Source: an uncultured candidate division Zixibacteria bacterium (GTDB taxonomy: Bacteria; Zixibacteria; MSB-5A5; GN15; PGXB01). From it: 64,000 nucleotides of DNA. This document shows positions 9,359 to 20,554 of this stretch, one piece after another. Both the position numbers and the translations under genes were made by a program. Positions within the stretch are counted from its first letter, which is position 1. Every line of letters begins with the position of its first letter. Location: contig OY969724.1 in the NCBI GenBank assembly GCA_963702205.1, positions 320,001-384,000 of the forward strand, read 5' to 3'. Below the pieces are notes generated by a model. That model saw only the letters and a program-made list of their open reading frames with translations. It searched no databases and had not been told where the DNA came from.

Positions 9359-12300
9359 TTATGGGCATTGTGGCTCAGGGCCTGGTGGAGTGCCGTACTT
9401 GAAGTCGATCAAATATAATATGTCAATCAGGTTGATGCTGCCATCAGCGTTTACATCTCCTGCATTCATCGGCGTAGGGGGATCACCGGGTGGTGTGCCA
9501 TATTTATAATCGATCAGATATAGGATATCGATGAGATTTACGTTTCCATCAGCATTAACATCGCCGCAGATATAATCGCAAGCGTCGCCGATACCATCAC
9601 TATCAGTATCCTCCTGGTCGGGGTTGTAAACGGTCGGACAATTATCTACCATGCCACAGACATTGTCCTGATCAATATCATCACCGGGGGTATAGCTGAA
9701 ATGTATCCACCCAGTGCCAATGGAACAAGTTCCGATTTCATCAACGGCCTGCACGGCCCAATATAATTCTTGGGAGAGATTAAGCGACGACGGTAAAGCC
9801 AGAACGGTATCTGCTCTAAGAGCATAAGGTGCAATTGAGTCGGTGGATATTGAATCGTCCGATATCCAAACCTTATAAAAAATATCACCGCCACCTGTTG
9901 TTGAAGAAGTTGTCCATGTAAGCGTCAGACTATCTGTACATACAACGTCCCCGAAGGAGGGAGTCATGATTGTCGGTGCTGATGGTGCACCAGCAGCTGT
10001 CAATTCAAAGTCAACAACTACAGATTCCCCTTCCGCAATATCCACAATCTTGTAGGCCGAATCACAGCGGAAGCCATTAAGTGCTACGGAAATAACATAT
10101 GTTCCCGGCGATAAAGCGTCGAAAGCAAATGGTGTATGCTTATTCGTGGCCACTCCATTAATAATTATGGACGCTCCCGGCTGAGATGAGGATATTGTAA
10201 TTTGACAATCATTAGCGGTATCCAATTCGATTAGATCAAATACCTGATTTGACATGAACATTTGGGCGTTTCTGAATTCCGCGGTCACAATCTTCGTACC
10301 TGGATCTCCGGATAGACTAAGATTGACGGAATCCGTCATGGGGTTCCATGATGCGGAGGAAATGTCCACACCCTCTACCAACCGGTATTCGGTGGCGTCA
10401 TCACAGCGCAAAGTCACCATCAATATCGAGTCAGCCGTGACCAAATCTCCATGGTTAATGGTCACAGATGCCGATCGTGGCCCCACCCACACAGTGTCAG
10501 GCTGCAAATAAAGGTCAAGATTGAATTCGGGTGTAAATTCATTAACGGTAAGCGGGATCATAGACTCCTGCCAGCCATTGCCAACGCATCTAATAATATA
10601 ATCTCCCGGAGGTATATTTTGAATAACCGCCACGCCATTGGCATCGGCCAGATATTTTTGGTTGGAAGACCAGCCGGAATTATACCAGTCCAAAGGAATT
10701 AATTCAATGCGAATTCCGGATATGTCCGATACTGAGTCATCAAATGAATCTTTCCCCGAATAATTTTTCCATGACACTCCTCCTCTACCACCTGGCCTTA
10801 TTCGAAACAACGCTCGTGCCCACAGCTCACTCAAGCAATTCGTAGCAGGTTCGTTACCCACATTCAAGCCGGCAAGAAAATCCCGATAATCAATTACATT
10901 GCTCCACTCTTCATCGCTGCCATCTTGAACAAGCTGGCCATGATTCAATCTACTGCTGATGGCTTGTACATCAGTTTCAGGGAGCCACATGCTCGAAAGA
11001 GGCGCAGCATCTTCCCACACAATCAAGCCATCATGAGAATACGGTGCAAGGATCTGGAGTAGTATTTCTTGAAATACATTTGTGTCATCGTTACTTTCCA
11101 ATAGGACCGTACGATGATATTTTAAGCAACCTCGGCTAAAAAGATACCTAATATCTGGAGGAAGGTGGTGATCATTTGGATTATTCAATATTTGTGTCAG
11201 ATACTCAGCATCCGGTGGCATAAACTCAGAAACTGCCGGGCTGTTGCGCAAATCAATTATTCGAGATGGTGGGGGTCCAAGTTCTAGTGCAGGGTACAAT
11301 TCTGTTATGACATAATCAAATAATTTGCTTTCCAAAATCCCGCCCACTAAGGACAATATGCGGGCCCCCCTATGGGGTGTTCCCGCGGTTATAATGTCGC
11401 TCACAGTCACTTGTAAAGGATATGTCTCACCCTCCGGCGTAATGGCCAAATTTTCAAGGCAACTTCGTGATACTAAACCACCCATACTATGAGCAATGAT
11501 CGCCAATCCATCACCCGGGTCAGTTTCTCCATTAATTTCTTCGAGGGCGTGCGCCATTCCCCATGCAGAAATTCTTACATTGTCAGAATTTGGGTATTCA
11601 AAAGTCCAAAATCTTGAGCCCGCACCATTTAACTCATTTACTAAGTTATTATTATGCCAAACTGAGGAAGTTGATACAAAACCGTGTACAAATATGACCG
11701 GTTTCGTTGATGACTCGGATGCGTATGGTTCAATCTTTGAAAAATGAAATACATAGAGTGAATCGGATATTGTCGTAATCGGAACATCGTCTTCGTATGC
11801 TTCAATGTTCATGTACCATTTTGCTGATGATAGAGAATTGATCCAGGTATCACTTAGTGTGAAGTAATTCGTGCGTTCCGTTCTGTCACCAGGTGATGTA
11901 ATATTATCTATTGAAGATGATCTTCCATCAAAAACAAAACTGATATCATAACTTGTCGCGCCAGGAATGTGATCCCATCCTATTGTACGATAACCATCTG
12001 CATTTAGGATAAGATGGTGAACGTATGTCGTAATTTCGGCCGGTGCAATGGAAGATGCAATTGTCTGACCAGATTCATTTACACCGTCAATCGATAGAGT
12101 TATTTGTTCCATTGGTATGTTGGGCAACTGGCAGCTCTTTTCACCGGCGTCGACCGGGTAACCGGGCGGTAAGACACCAGTAATTTCAACTCTTTCTGAC
12201 ATTAGCGGCGTCTGATAATATAGTCTGACATATTTAATCTCCGATCCCGGGTTATAAATCCATGCGAGATTAATTGTCTCTCCGATATTATAGCCCCTGT

Positions 12301-15300
12301 CTTCTGCCGGGGAAACCAATTCAATAAAATCGGTCGTTTCCATAACAGTCACATTGTCAAACGAAATATCGCAACTGCCATGATAACCGGTCCAGCATGC
12401 AACCCCAATTCCGCCCGAAGGGTAAAGGTCGTCGGGATCCAAATATTCCAATACAAGATTGTCATCCACGTATATTTGAAAATAATTACCAACGCATCTG
12501 ACTTTTAATCTATACCATACGTTGTTTTGAGAAGAGTATGGCTGAACCGCCACATCTGCAAAATACACTCCCCCTATCATCTTATCAAATGTGATTTCGT
12601 CAATTCCGGCAGCTGGATAATCCGAACGCAAATTAATAGCATAATAATTCTGGTCATCCTGATATCGAAAAACCAAAACCTTATCAACGCCATCATTTCC
12701 TTTTACGTCGGCTTCGAAATCGTAGTCATGCCATCCATTATTTCCGATAGTTTTGATGCACCATTTTTCGTATCCACTGTTCGATGTTGATAATATCCCA
12801 TCGTTGATAGTCCAGGTGCATTCATCACCCGTTTCCTGCCAGGCCGGATCGAGGCCATCCTCAAAATCATCACAAAACATGCCCTCAAAGTTATCGCAAA
12901 ATGAAGGTGGTGATAATGTGTAATCAACAACCGCGACGTTGTCATCGGGATTGAAATCGTCTGGCACAATATCGGAAAGCTCGGCCCTCACATATACGCT
13001 GGTCTCCATCGGTAATACCCAATTGAAATCGACTTTCGAAGAGTCACCGTAGCCAGAGACCGATACCATATCGCTTGCGATAGTCACTTCACTCATCGAT
13101 TGTGTAATATATTTTAAAGTAACCGTACCCTCGGCATCGAGACCGCCGGTGTTCCACACCCAGATGGTAGCTATAATTTCTTCACCCGGTTTGCCATTTT
13201 CTTTCGAGAACAATATGGAGTTCTCGTCAACCCTCAAGTTTGCAACCGTCCCGACTACAATGTCGCGGGTCGCAACGTTATTCAATTCATTCAATTCATC
13301 AATACGATGGGCTGCATCTCCGATGACCGTTATAGTGTGTTGATTTTGTGGAATGATGGTGGCAATCCAAGGCTCCGTCGCAGTCGCGGTCCGGTAATTA
13401 TTATCGTACCCTATCGGAATAGAATCGATCCAGACGGTGTCACCGAGCATCGCGTCATCGATCTTAAAAACCACCGAAACCGATTCGGCGGTGATTTCTC
13501 CGATATTCCAGATGGTTGCATCCATAGTGACTGATTCGTCGATGTCAGGATTTATGTTAGACGGGTCAATATGTTCGGAATAAAGCCAGATGTCAGGTTT
13601 ATACGGATAAACGTATATAGAGTCAACATAGTCATTGTTAGACGTATTACATTCAGGATAATCATCGGAATAATCCGCTCTTATAGTAATACGATGCCAG
13701 CCCGTGGTTTCAAACGTGTGTGTTATAAAACCTGATCGATGGTTAAAGGCGGATGGCTGCAATGAGTCAACCGCAATATATCCTAATATTCCGTCGATAT
13801 TATCCGAGATTTCAACAGTTACGTCGTCAAATATCGGGAAAAGTCCATAGTTCCTAATGCACCCGGTTATATAGATTGGGTTATTTATATATACTCCCGG
13901 CATTCCGTTATGACAGCTATCCACAAAGCAAGCGCCGGATGCCGGCTGACCGCAACGACTTGTGTAATATGTTGCCAAATCAAAAGTTAAGGTAGCTTTT
14001 GCCCTATTATTGTCATCATGATACTCATCTATAATATTGGCAAGATCAACAAACACAGAAACACTGCAGGCTTCGAAATCAACAGTCCAAAGTGCATTGG
14101 ATGTATCGATTACGGTTTCTCCAATCGCAATATTGACAATGGTATCAACTGAAAATATTGCATCGTCAATATAATAGTGTAATATAACCTCATCGGCTGC
14201 GGCATTTCCGATATTCGAGACTTCTATTGTGAACCTTGTAGTATCTTCGGCCTGGACGGGAATGTGTGGCTGTATGTTGTTGACTGCTTTTAAACGCGAA
14301 TTATTAGTGTATAAATCAGGCTTTAAAGCGACGACATTAATATTCACCGATTTGGTATTATTATATTCATTACATTCCGGGATAGCTTCATTGGGGTCGA
14401 CCACAGCGGTAATTGTATGAGGGCCTGATTCGGAAAATGAATGGCTGATCGCCGCCGTATGTTTGGAACCAAAAGCCGCCAGCGAGCCAATTTCGGTCGA
14501 ATCAAATAAAATCTCATTGTCATAGAAATATACTTTTATATTTTCCGCTAGTCTTCCGCCATAATTAGATATTCGTGTCGATATCGTAATCTGTTGACCT
14601 TGCAGGGGGTTGGATGGGGACATCCAAATGGTTTCTTCTACAAGATCAGGGCAATTCGGCCATACTTTATGACAAATTGATGAATAGTTATCTCCCTCAT
14701 TACATTCATCGACCGAATGTGATTCATCGGCGATCACGTAAACACAATGATTTCCAGTCTGGCTATAGGTGATTTGTCCGGATGGAAATGAGAATGATGC
14801 ACCCGGCAAGAGTGTATCGATATCAATTTCATCCAAATACATATCACCATTTTTTATAACTGCAGTAAAATTAAACGCAGTATCGTTGCCGGCGTTATAT
14901 ACCGATGCAGTATACGTTGTCGTGGCGTTGTAATCTAATGTTAAGGGCAAGTTAGTCAGGCTCAAAGTGGTTTTCAGGTTTGGACATACCGGATCCGGTA
15001 TGTAACAATCAGAAACACTAAGCGTGAGGGTATCCGTGGCGGTTAAAGTAAAGTCGGTTAATTCAACCTCAAGGTGATATGTGCCTAGATCAAGCGGGCC
15101 AATGAAATTTATATAAAAACCGCCGCTTTGATTCGAATGACCTGACCAGCTTTGCTGTGTTTCCAGATTCGTAATCGTCACTTGACCACCGATTACCGGT
15201 CCAAGGTTATCTGAAGGCGGAAGATAATAGTAGCCATTCCCGTTGACGGAAATATAAGATAACGGACACACAGAAGAAGCTGTATTGGCGTTAAGACCTA

Positions 15301-18300
15301 TGGCCCCAGGTACCGTATATTCACCTACCTGGACGGGACGAACGGCGCTATTGTTTTCTTCATTCCATTCTTCTATATCATTATGCGGATCAATCTCGAT
15401 AGTAATGGGATAAAAGCCGATCTCCGTAAATTGCCAGTCTTTATTGGGCAAATTGAAATAACCTGAAGGTAGGACGTCAATAATTGTCGAATCAACGAGA
15501 ATATTGTCGAAATTCACCTGCTCCCAGTAATAGACCAGTACATCGGTCTGTGCAATGTCTGAATTATTATATATTTGAACATATGATTGGATGATTTCAT
15601 CGACATCCGGGTTGTATTCCGAAAAGTCTATCATAGAAGCGTAAATATATAGGTCCACGCTTTCGTCTAACACTACTGGCCCGTCAAATATAGTCGCCCC
15701 GTTCGCAATATTCCCGATAGCGGCATTTCCTGAGCTGTCATAGGCGATAACCATATACCTGTTCAGATTTCCTGCAGGCAAGTATGGAACTACGCAATAA
15801 TAGATTACACCGGAAGCAAAATCACCGGGAGATTCCATCTGCATCGTGTAAACTTCATCAAACAGGCTGTCATCGAATATGCCGTCATAATTGAGTCGAA
15901 GCTTCGGATAGCCGGGCATTGGGGCATCACCCTGAGGATCAGAATACTTGATTTTGAATACATAGTCCTGATTTGAGATACCGGTATCAGGTTCAACAAG
16001 ATCACTTTCATAACCGCTGCCATTAGTGAAGGCCAGTGTCGGGGAGGGTTCAAAGGCACAAACCGACTGATTGAATAATATCTCTATAAGGCTTGGCTCG
16101 TAATGAAAAATAGCCAAGTCGCATATCTGGTCCCCGTCATAATCCGCCCCAATGACACCTACAGGGTGATCGGCAACATGAAGATTGTGCGTCAATTCAA
16201 ATGTTCCATCCCCGTTATTCAGGAGAACAGACGTGCGGTTTGCTTCCATATGGGCGACGACCAAGTCTACGTCAGAATCACAATCAAAATCCTCTGCATA
16301 CATAACCTGGAAGTTATAACCAATTGAATCTATTTGATAAAAAAACGGAGATTGAAAAGACCCATCACCATTATTCATCATTATCTCAAGTGTATCGCTA
16401 TTAGCTATTGTCATAGCAATATCTGCATCATTATCGCCGTCGAAATCTCCGCCACACATTACATATGATCCATAGGCACAACCATTCTCAAGCGGATTCT
16501 GAAATGTTCCATCGCCGTTATTAATACTCACCAGTAAAGCGCCATTTGGATTTAGTGAGGCAATGTCAATAGAACCATCTTGATTGAAATCATCTGCATA
16601 TAAATCGTACACATATCCAGGATAAATATTACTTTGATAGACAAAGGAACCGTCTCCATTATTTAATAAGATGCTTATCATACCCCAATAATCATTAGAT
16701 ACTGCCAAATCTATATCACCGTCTAAATCAAAATCGCCGGGTGCCAATGCCAAAGGTGATTGATCGCAATAGTAATATTGAACCGGTCCAAAGCTCCCGT
16801 CACCATTATTTAATAGCACACCAATGTTATTGTCCCAGTACAATGACACAACCAAATCACTGTCATTGTCGTTATCAATATCCGCCATAATCATGCAAAG
16901 TGACATACCATAAATGTCCAATGAATCATGGAGTTGGAATGTGCCGGAGCCGTCGTTGTACATGGTATATATCCTAGACGTATTTATGTCGAGGGTCGTG
17001 ATGTCATTATCCCCATCGGCATCAATATCCCCGGAACATGCATAAATCAAATTTTCACCCACCGGACATATATTCCCAGGTAAAAATATCGTGTCAAAAG
17101 GAAATGAATTCATATGAAAAATGACGTTGCACGAAGCGTCAAATAGCCCGTCGCTTACTCCAATAGTGACACCTATATCCTGATCGGCGATATCAGGGGT
17201 GTATGTTAAGAAACCAGTATTTTCATCAATATCAAGGGGACCTACCGCTCCGCCATCATTTAGTATATAAAAATTCAAGGCGTCACAATCGGAGACGCGA
17301 GCGGGCTTTTCTATTGGCACATTCCAAAAACCGTTAATGATTGTATCACATCCTGCATAAAAGATGGGTCCGTCATTATAAAGATTAACGAATAAAGAAC
17401 AGGTTTGACAAAATTCAGGATCGCGATTTTGGTCACAACCCTGGATTATCACAGTATCACTTCCTTCTTGAATGTCATGGAAGAAATCACAGCTCCAAAA
17501 ACCGGTTTGGACCACGATTGCGCCTGGGCCTTCAGGTATACTGTATTCATAGCCCGGAGGAAATCCAAAATTGGTTTGAAAATCGTACACTGCTTGCTGG
17601 CAGTGTTCTACATTTAATGTTTGGGAATAGTATGGGTATTCGTCACATAGATCACCAATTCCGTCTTCGTCGGAATCATCCTGATCGGGGTTTACATAAT
17701 ACGGGCAATTATCGGAGGCATTGACAATGCCGTCGCAATCATAATCGTTATCACAGCCAATATTCCAGCAATAAGGGCCACCAAAATCCGGAACAGGGCT
17801 TTCAAAAAGCCAATCATATGTGTAAATGGGGTGATCAACAGAGTTGATACAGAAGGTGCCGGCTTCATTTATTTTGAAGTTAAACGAAATATATTTCTTT
17901 TCACCCAGACCGGCAGGCCAAGCGGCGCAGCCTGCTACTTTCATAGCACTAAAGTTAATTGTGTCGGGTAGTGATCCGTCCCAGCTGAATTCGATCAGCG
18001 TATCCAAAGCAGAAAAATAACCTGTAGAATATTCAGGTTCAAAACCATTCATTAGCTCGACTGATCCTGTGCTTGCATAGGCATTTGTATTAATATGTTC
18101 GACATTTGAAATGCTGCCATCAGGGCTATAAAAGACAAATGACATGGAGCATCCGGTACGAGCAATGTCGTTGTTATTTATATAGATGCCAATTTGAAAA
18201 GGAGTATTATAAGAGACAACTCCCGGCATAAATTCAGGAGATGCTGCAGCTCGCATAGTTATGGCATTTACACTGGGTAGAGTACCCATATAAAGTATTG

Positions 18301-18328
18301 TCAGACAAAAAATTATTTTTTTATACAT
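9359..18328 (-). CDS. Giant secreted multidomain protein (2989 aa): TSP3 repeats, FG-GAP/VCBS propeller, CARDB repeats, DUF1080-like beta-sandwich, alpha/beta hydrolase, PEGA, dockerin-like C-terminus
   Basis: Signal peptide; DNCP..NPDQ.D.D.DGIGD.CD repeats; GDFDxDGDxDLA / LLNNGDGSF repeats; D..N.I.E.NE.NN CARDB motifs; FVHG, AHSMGG, GTPHRG; twin GDVNADGxxNLIDILYLID repeats. Confidence 0.92.
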   Translation of the reverse strand: MYKKIIFCLTILYMGTLPSVNAITMRAAASPEFMPGVVSYNTPFQIGIYINNNDIARTGCSMSFVFYSPDGSISNVEHINTNAYASTGSVELMNGFEPEYSTGYFSALDTLIEFSWDGSLPDTINFSAMKVAGCAAWPAGLGEKKYISFNFKINEAGTFCINSVDHPIYTYDWLFESPVPDFGGPYCWNIGCDNDYDCDGIVNASDNCPYYVNPDQDDSDEDGIGDLCDEYPYYSQTLNVEHCQQAVYDFQTNFGFPPGYEYSIPEGPGAIVVQTGFWSCDFFHDIQEGSDTVIIQGCDQNRDPEFCQTCSLFVNLYNDGPIFYAGCDTIINGFWNVPIEKPARVSDCDALNFYILNDGGAVGPLDIDENTGFLTYTPDIADQDIGVTIGVSDGLFDASCNVIFHMNSFPFDTIFLPGNICPVGENLIYACSGDIDADGDNDITTLDINTSRIYTMYNDGSGTFQLHDSLDIYGMSLCMIMADIDNDNDSDLVVSLYWDNNIGVLLNNGDGSFGPVQYYYCDQSPLALAPGDFDLDGDIDLAVSNDYWGMISILLNNGDGSFVYQSNIYPGYVYDLYADDFNQDGSIDIASLNPNGALLVSINNGDGTFQNPLENGCAYGSYVMCGGDFDGDNDADIAMTIANSDTLEIMMNNGDGSFQSPFFYQIDSIGYNFQVMYAEDFDCDSDVDLVVAHMEANRTSVLLNNGDGTFELTHNLHVADHPVGVIGADYDGDQICDLAIFHYEPSLIEILFNQSVCAFEPSPTLAFTNGSGYESDLVEPDTGISNQDYVFKIKYSDPQGDAPMPGYPKLRLNYDGIFDDSLFDEVYTMQMESPGDFASGVIYYCVVPYLPAGNLNRYMVIAYDSSGNAAIGNIANGATIFDGPVVLDESVDLYIYASMIDFSEYNPDVDEIIQSYVQIYNNSDIAQTDVLVYYWEQVNFDNILVDSTIIDVLPSGYFNLPNKDWQFTEIGFYPITIEIDPHNDIEEWNEENNSAVRPVQVGEYTVPGAIGLNANTASSVCPLSYISVNGNGYYYLPPSDNLGPVIGGQVTITNLETQQSWSGHSNQSGGFYINFIGPLDLGTYHLEVELTDFTLTATDTLTLSVSDCYIPDPVCPNLKTTLSLTNLPLTLDYNATTTYTASVYNAGNDTAFNFTAVIKNGDMYLDEIDIDTLLPGASFSFPSGQITYSQTGNHCVYVIADESHSVDECNEGDNYSSICHKVWPNCPDLVEETIWMSPSNPLQGQQITISTRISNYGGRLAENIKVYFYDNEILFDSTEIGSLAAFGSKHTAAISHSFSESGPHTITAVVDPNEAIPECNEYNNTKSVNINVVALKPDLYTNNSRLKAVNNIQPHIPVQAEDTTRFTIEVSNIGNAAADEVILHYYIDDAIFSVDTIVNIAIGETVIDTSNALWTVDFEACSVSVFVDLANIIDEYHDDNNRAKATLTFDLATYYTSRCGQPASGACFVDSCHNGMPGVYINNPIYITGCIRNYGLFPIFDDVTVEISDNIDGILGYIAVDSLQPSAFNHRSGFITHTFETTGWHRITIRADYSDDYPECNTSNNDYVDSIYVYPYKPDIWLYSEHIDPSNINPDIDESVTMDATIWNIGEITAESVSVVFKIDDAMLGDTVWIDSIPIGYDNNYRTATATEPWIATIIPQNQHTITVIGDAAHRIDELNELNNVATRDIVVGTVANLRVDENSILFSKENGKPGEEIIATIWVWNTGGLDAEGTVTLKYITQSMSEVTIASDMVSVSGYGDSSKVDFNWVLPMETSVYVRAELSDIVPDDFNPDDNVAVVDYTLSPPSFCDNFEGMFCDDFEDGLDPAWQETGDECTWTINDGILSTSNSGYEKWCIKTIGNNGWHDYDFEADVKGNDGVDKVLVFRYQDDQNYYAINLRSDYPAAGIDEITFDKMIGGVYFADVAVQPYSSQNNVWYRLKVRCVGNYFQIYVDDNLVLEYLDPDDLYPSGGIGVACWTGYHGSCDISFDNVTVMETTDFIELVSPAEDRGYNIGETINLAWIYNPGSEIKYVRLYYQTPLMSERVEITGVLPPGYPVDAGEKSCQLPNIPMEQITLSIDGVNESGQTIASSIAPAEITTYVHHLILNADGYRTIGWDHIPGATSYDISFVFDGRSSSIDNITSPGDRTERTNYFTLSDTWINSLSSAKWYMNIEAYEDDVPITTISDSLYVFHFSKIEPYASESSTKPVIFVHGFVSTSSVWHNNNLVNELNGAGSRFWTFEYPNSDNVRISAWGMAHALEEINGETDPGDGLAIIAHSMGGLVSRSCLENLAITPEGETYPLQVTVSDIITAGTPHRGARILSLVGGILESKLFDYVITELYPALELGPPPSRIIDLRNSPAVSEFMPPDAEYLTQILNNPNDHHLPPDIRYLFSRGCLKYHRTVLLESNDDTNVFQEILLQILAPYSHDGLIVWEDAAPLSSMWLPETDVQAISSRLNHGQLVQDGSDEEWSNVIDYRDFLAGLNVGNEPATNCLSELWARALFRIRPGGRGGVSWKNYSGKDSFDDSVSDISGIRIELIPLDWYNSGWSSNQKYLADANGVAVIQNIPPGDYIIRCVGNGWQESMIPLTVNEFTPEFNLDLYLQPDTVWVGPRSASVTINHGDLVTADSILMVTLRCDDATEYRLVEGVDISSASWNPMTDSVNLSLSGDPGTKIVTAEFRNAQMFMSNQVFDLIELDTANDCQITISSSQPGASIIINGVATNKHTPFAFDALSPGTYVISVALNGFRCDSAYKIVDIAEGESVVVDFELTAAGAPSAPTIMTPSFGDVVCTDSLTLTWTTSSTTGGGDIFYKVWISDDSISTDSIAPYALRADTVLALPSSLNLSQELYWAVQAVDEIGTCSIGTGWIHFSYTPGDDIDQDNVCGMVDNCPTVYNPDQEDTDSDGIGDACDYICGDVNADGNVNLIDILYLIDYKYGTPPGDPPTPMNAGDVNADGSINLIDILYLIDFKYGTPPGPEPQCP

Positions 18329-18377
18329 TTAAATCTCCCAGTATAAATATGTATGTAACTAAAAAAATATGTTTGTC

Positions 18378-20168
18378 TTATGGCAAACAAGGTGGTGGCC
18401 CGTTCTTGTACAGAAATTGAAGTAGAAAAAGGATATCTAATAAGCTGGTTGATCCGTCACAGTTGACATCGCCTCTAGTGATTGGATCGGGTGGAGGACC
18501 ACCACAAAACAAGAATTTATTTAGGAAAATTACGTCGAGAATATTCACAAGATTATCAGCGTTGACATCACCGTCCGGGTTTTCACAGAGGTCGCCGATA
18601 CCGTCTGAATTGGAATCTTCCTGAAGCGGATTATATACATATAGGCAATTATCGCTGCCATTTTCATACCCATCGTTGTCCCAGTCATTATCGCATAAAT
18701 CCCCGATTCCATCGTTTTCATAATCGGCCTGATTGGGATTTGCGACGGCCGGGCAGTTGTCACATCCTGTCGGAACTCCATCATCGTCCGGGTCGACATT
18801 ATCGTCGTATCCCGGGCAAATGTCGCATTCATCTCCAAAGCCGTCTCCGTCACTATCGAACTGGCCGGGATTATAAAATGAGAGACAATTGTCGCAATCG
18901 TCAGGGATCAGGTCATTATCCGTGTCGGTTTCCGGATGGCCGGGACACAAATCACAAGCATCTCCAAAGCCATCGCCGTCAGAATCCGCCTGCCCGGCGT
19001 TAGGTTCGAACAGGCAATTGTCGAGGGAGTCATTGATACCGTCACTATCGCGATCACCGGAAATGTTGTTATTTAATAAAATACCGGCGCCACCCCCCAG
19101 ATCGCTCAGGGAATTAATCGAAGTAATTATATCCAAGTCGTTGTCATTGTCTACGTCACATGCAAATATGGAAGATGGAGAGACAGGCGACGTCTTGGTT
19201 ATACCGGCCTGAAAAGTTCCATTGCCGTTGTTCTCAAATAAAATCAAGTCGCCGGCAGTGCTCGATCCAATCGCTATATCGATCGAGCCATCGCCCGTGA
19301 AATCGGCACCATATATTGAAGTCACGTAGCCGCTGCCCAGATATGTCCCATAAGTATTAAACTGCCCGCTCCCGTCATTTAGAAAGACTTCATAGCCGCC
19401 GGTGACTTTAGATATAGCCAGGTCGATATCATTGTCTCCATCAAGATCATTCGATGATATATAAAGAGGCCCAGTGCAACTGAAACTCGAAGGCGATTGA
19501 AACGTGCCGTCCCCGTTGCCGAACAAGATATATATCAAATTCTGGGCGTTTGTAGCGGCAAGATCCGCAATATCATCATTGTTATAATCCGATGTGGAAA
19601 TTCCCTTCACGTTCGACCCGACGTCATAGCTGGTAGGACCCGTCAATGCACCATTGCCATCATTCATCAGAATCGATATGGTCCCGCTTGTGCCGTTGGG
19701 CACGGCAATGTCGTTATGCATGTCACCGTTAAAATCACCACAAGCGATGGTGTAATTATTCTCCGTAGGCAAATCGTAATTTACCGGCGTTTGAAAACCG
19801 CCAGTCCCGTCATTTAATAACACTGATATGAAACTTGCGTCATCAAAGCCAAATACCAAGTCGATAGAATTATTATTATCAATTTTTGCGGCAATCAGCG
19901 TCGAGGGTGCTTCATCAGTTGAATAAAAAGACGGCTGCCGGAAAGTGCCGTCACCATTGCCCAAAAATATTGCAATTTTAAGATGATCGTATATTGCCGC
20001 AGCGATGTCCTGGTTCGCATCACCATTGAAATCCGCCGCTACGACGGATCTTGCGTGGCCGTAAGAACTAACGACATAATAGTCTCGAAAGGATATTTCT
20101 GCTGAATAGCTGTTTGAAACGAAGATTGCTGCAGCTATAAAAATAATGATTATGTTTGCCTTAGACAT
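18378..20168 (-). CDS. Secreted FG-GAP repeat + thrombospondin type-3 repeat + dockerin-like protein
   Basis: Signal peptide; ADFNGD/GNGDGTF repeats; several DNC...NPxQxDxDxDGxGDxCD repeats; GDVNAD..VNILDV and GDVNCDG..LLDIL. Confidence 0.92.
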   Translation of the reverse strand: MSKANIIIIFIAAAIFVSNSYSAEISFRDYYVVSSYGHARSVVAADFNGDANQDIAAAIYDHLKIAIFLGNGDGTFRQPSFYSTDEAPSTLIAAKIDNNNSIDLVFGFDDASFISVLLNDGTGGFQTPVNYDLPTENNYTIACGDFNGDMHNDIAVPNGTSGTISILMNDGNGALTGPTSYDVGSNVKGISTSDYNNDDIADLAATNAQNLIYILFGNGDGTFQSPSSFSCTGPLYISSNDLDGDNDIDLAISKVTGGYEVFLNDGSGQFNTYGTYLGSGYVTSIYGADFTGDGSIDIAIGSSTAGDLILFENNGNGTFQAGITKTSPVSPSSIFACDVDNDNDLDIITSINSLSDLGGGAGILLNNNISGDRDSDGINDSLDNCLFEPNAGQADSDGDGFGDACDLCPGHPETDTDNDLIPDDCDNCLSFYNPGQFDSDGDGFGDECDICPGYDDNVDPDDDGVPTGCDNCPAVANPNQADYENDGIGDLCDNDWDNDGYENGSDNCLYVYNPLQEDSNSDGIGDLCENPDGDVNADNLVNILDVIFLNKFLFCGGPPPDPITRGDVNCDGSTSLLDILFLLQFLYKNGPPPCLP

Positions 20169-20554
20169 AATTACCCCAACCCTTAAATGTGCTTTTATGA
20201 AAATTTTACTGAACTATCTAATATAAGCCTCCGAGAAGTCACTCATTGGATCAATAACTCAAAGCTGGTATTGGACGAAGTATGCTTATTATATTATGGC
20301 CGTGCCCAAAACCTATATAATATATATAATATTGTCTTATCTGGCAACAATCGAAAATTCACGATTTGTGCCCATCCTGTGTCCATGGGTCACGAAAACA
20401 GGCATATTCAGACGAAATCAGACAAAAGAATATAAAAGATAAATTTCCGCTTAACATATTGACAATCATCATAATATGCTGATATTCAATAAGTTGACAC
20501 AAATTGGCTTGGAGAATCCCTGCCTCTCCGCCATAATGGGGGATCGTATTTCGA

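Noticed and set aside
9365..9570. Near-duplicate segments at the end of the 2989-aa gene as a DGR template/variable pair
   Set aside because: They are the two halves of a dockerin domain, differences are not adenine-specific, and no reverse transcriptase is present.
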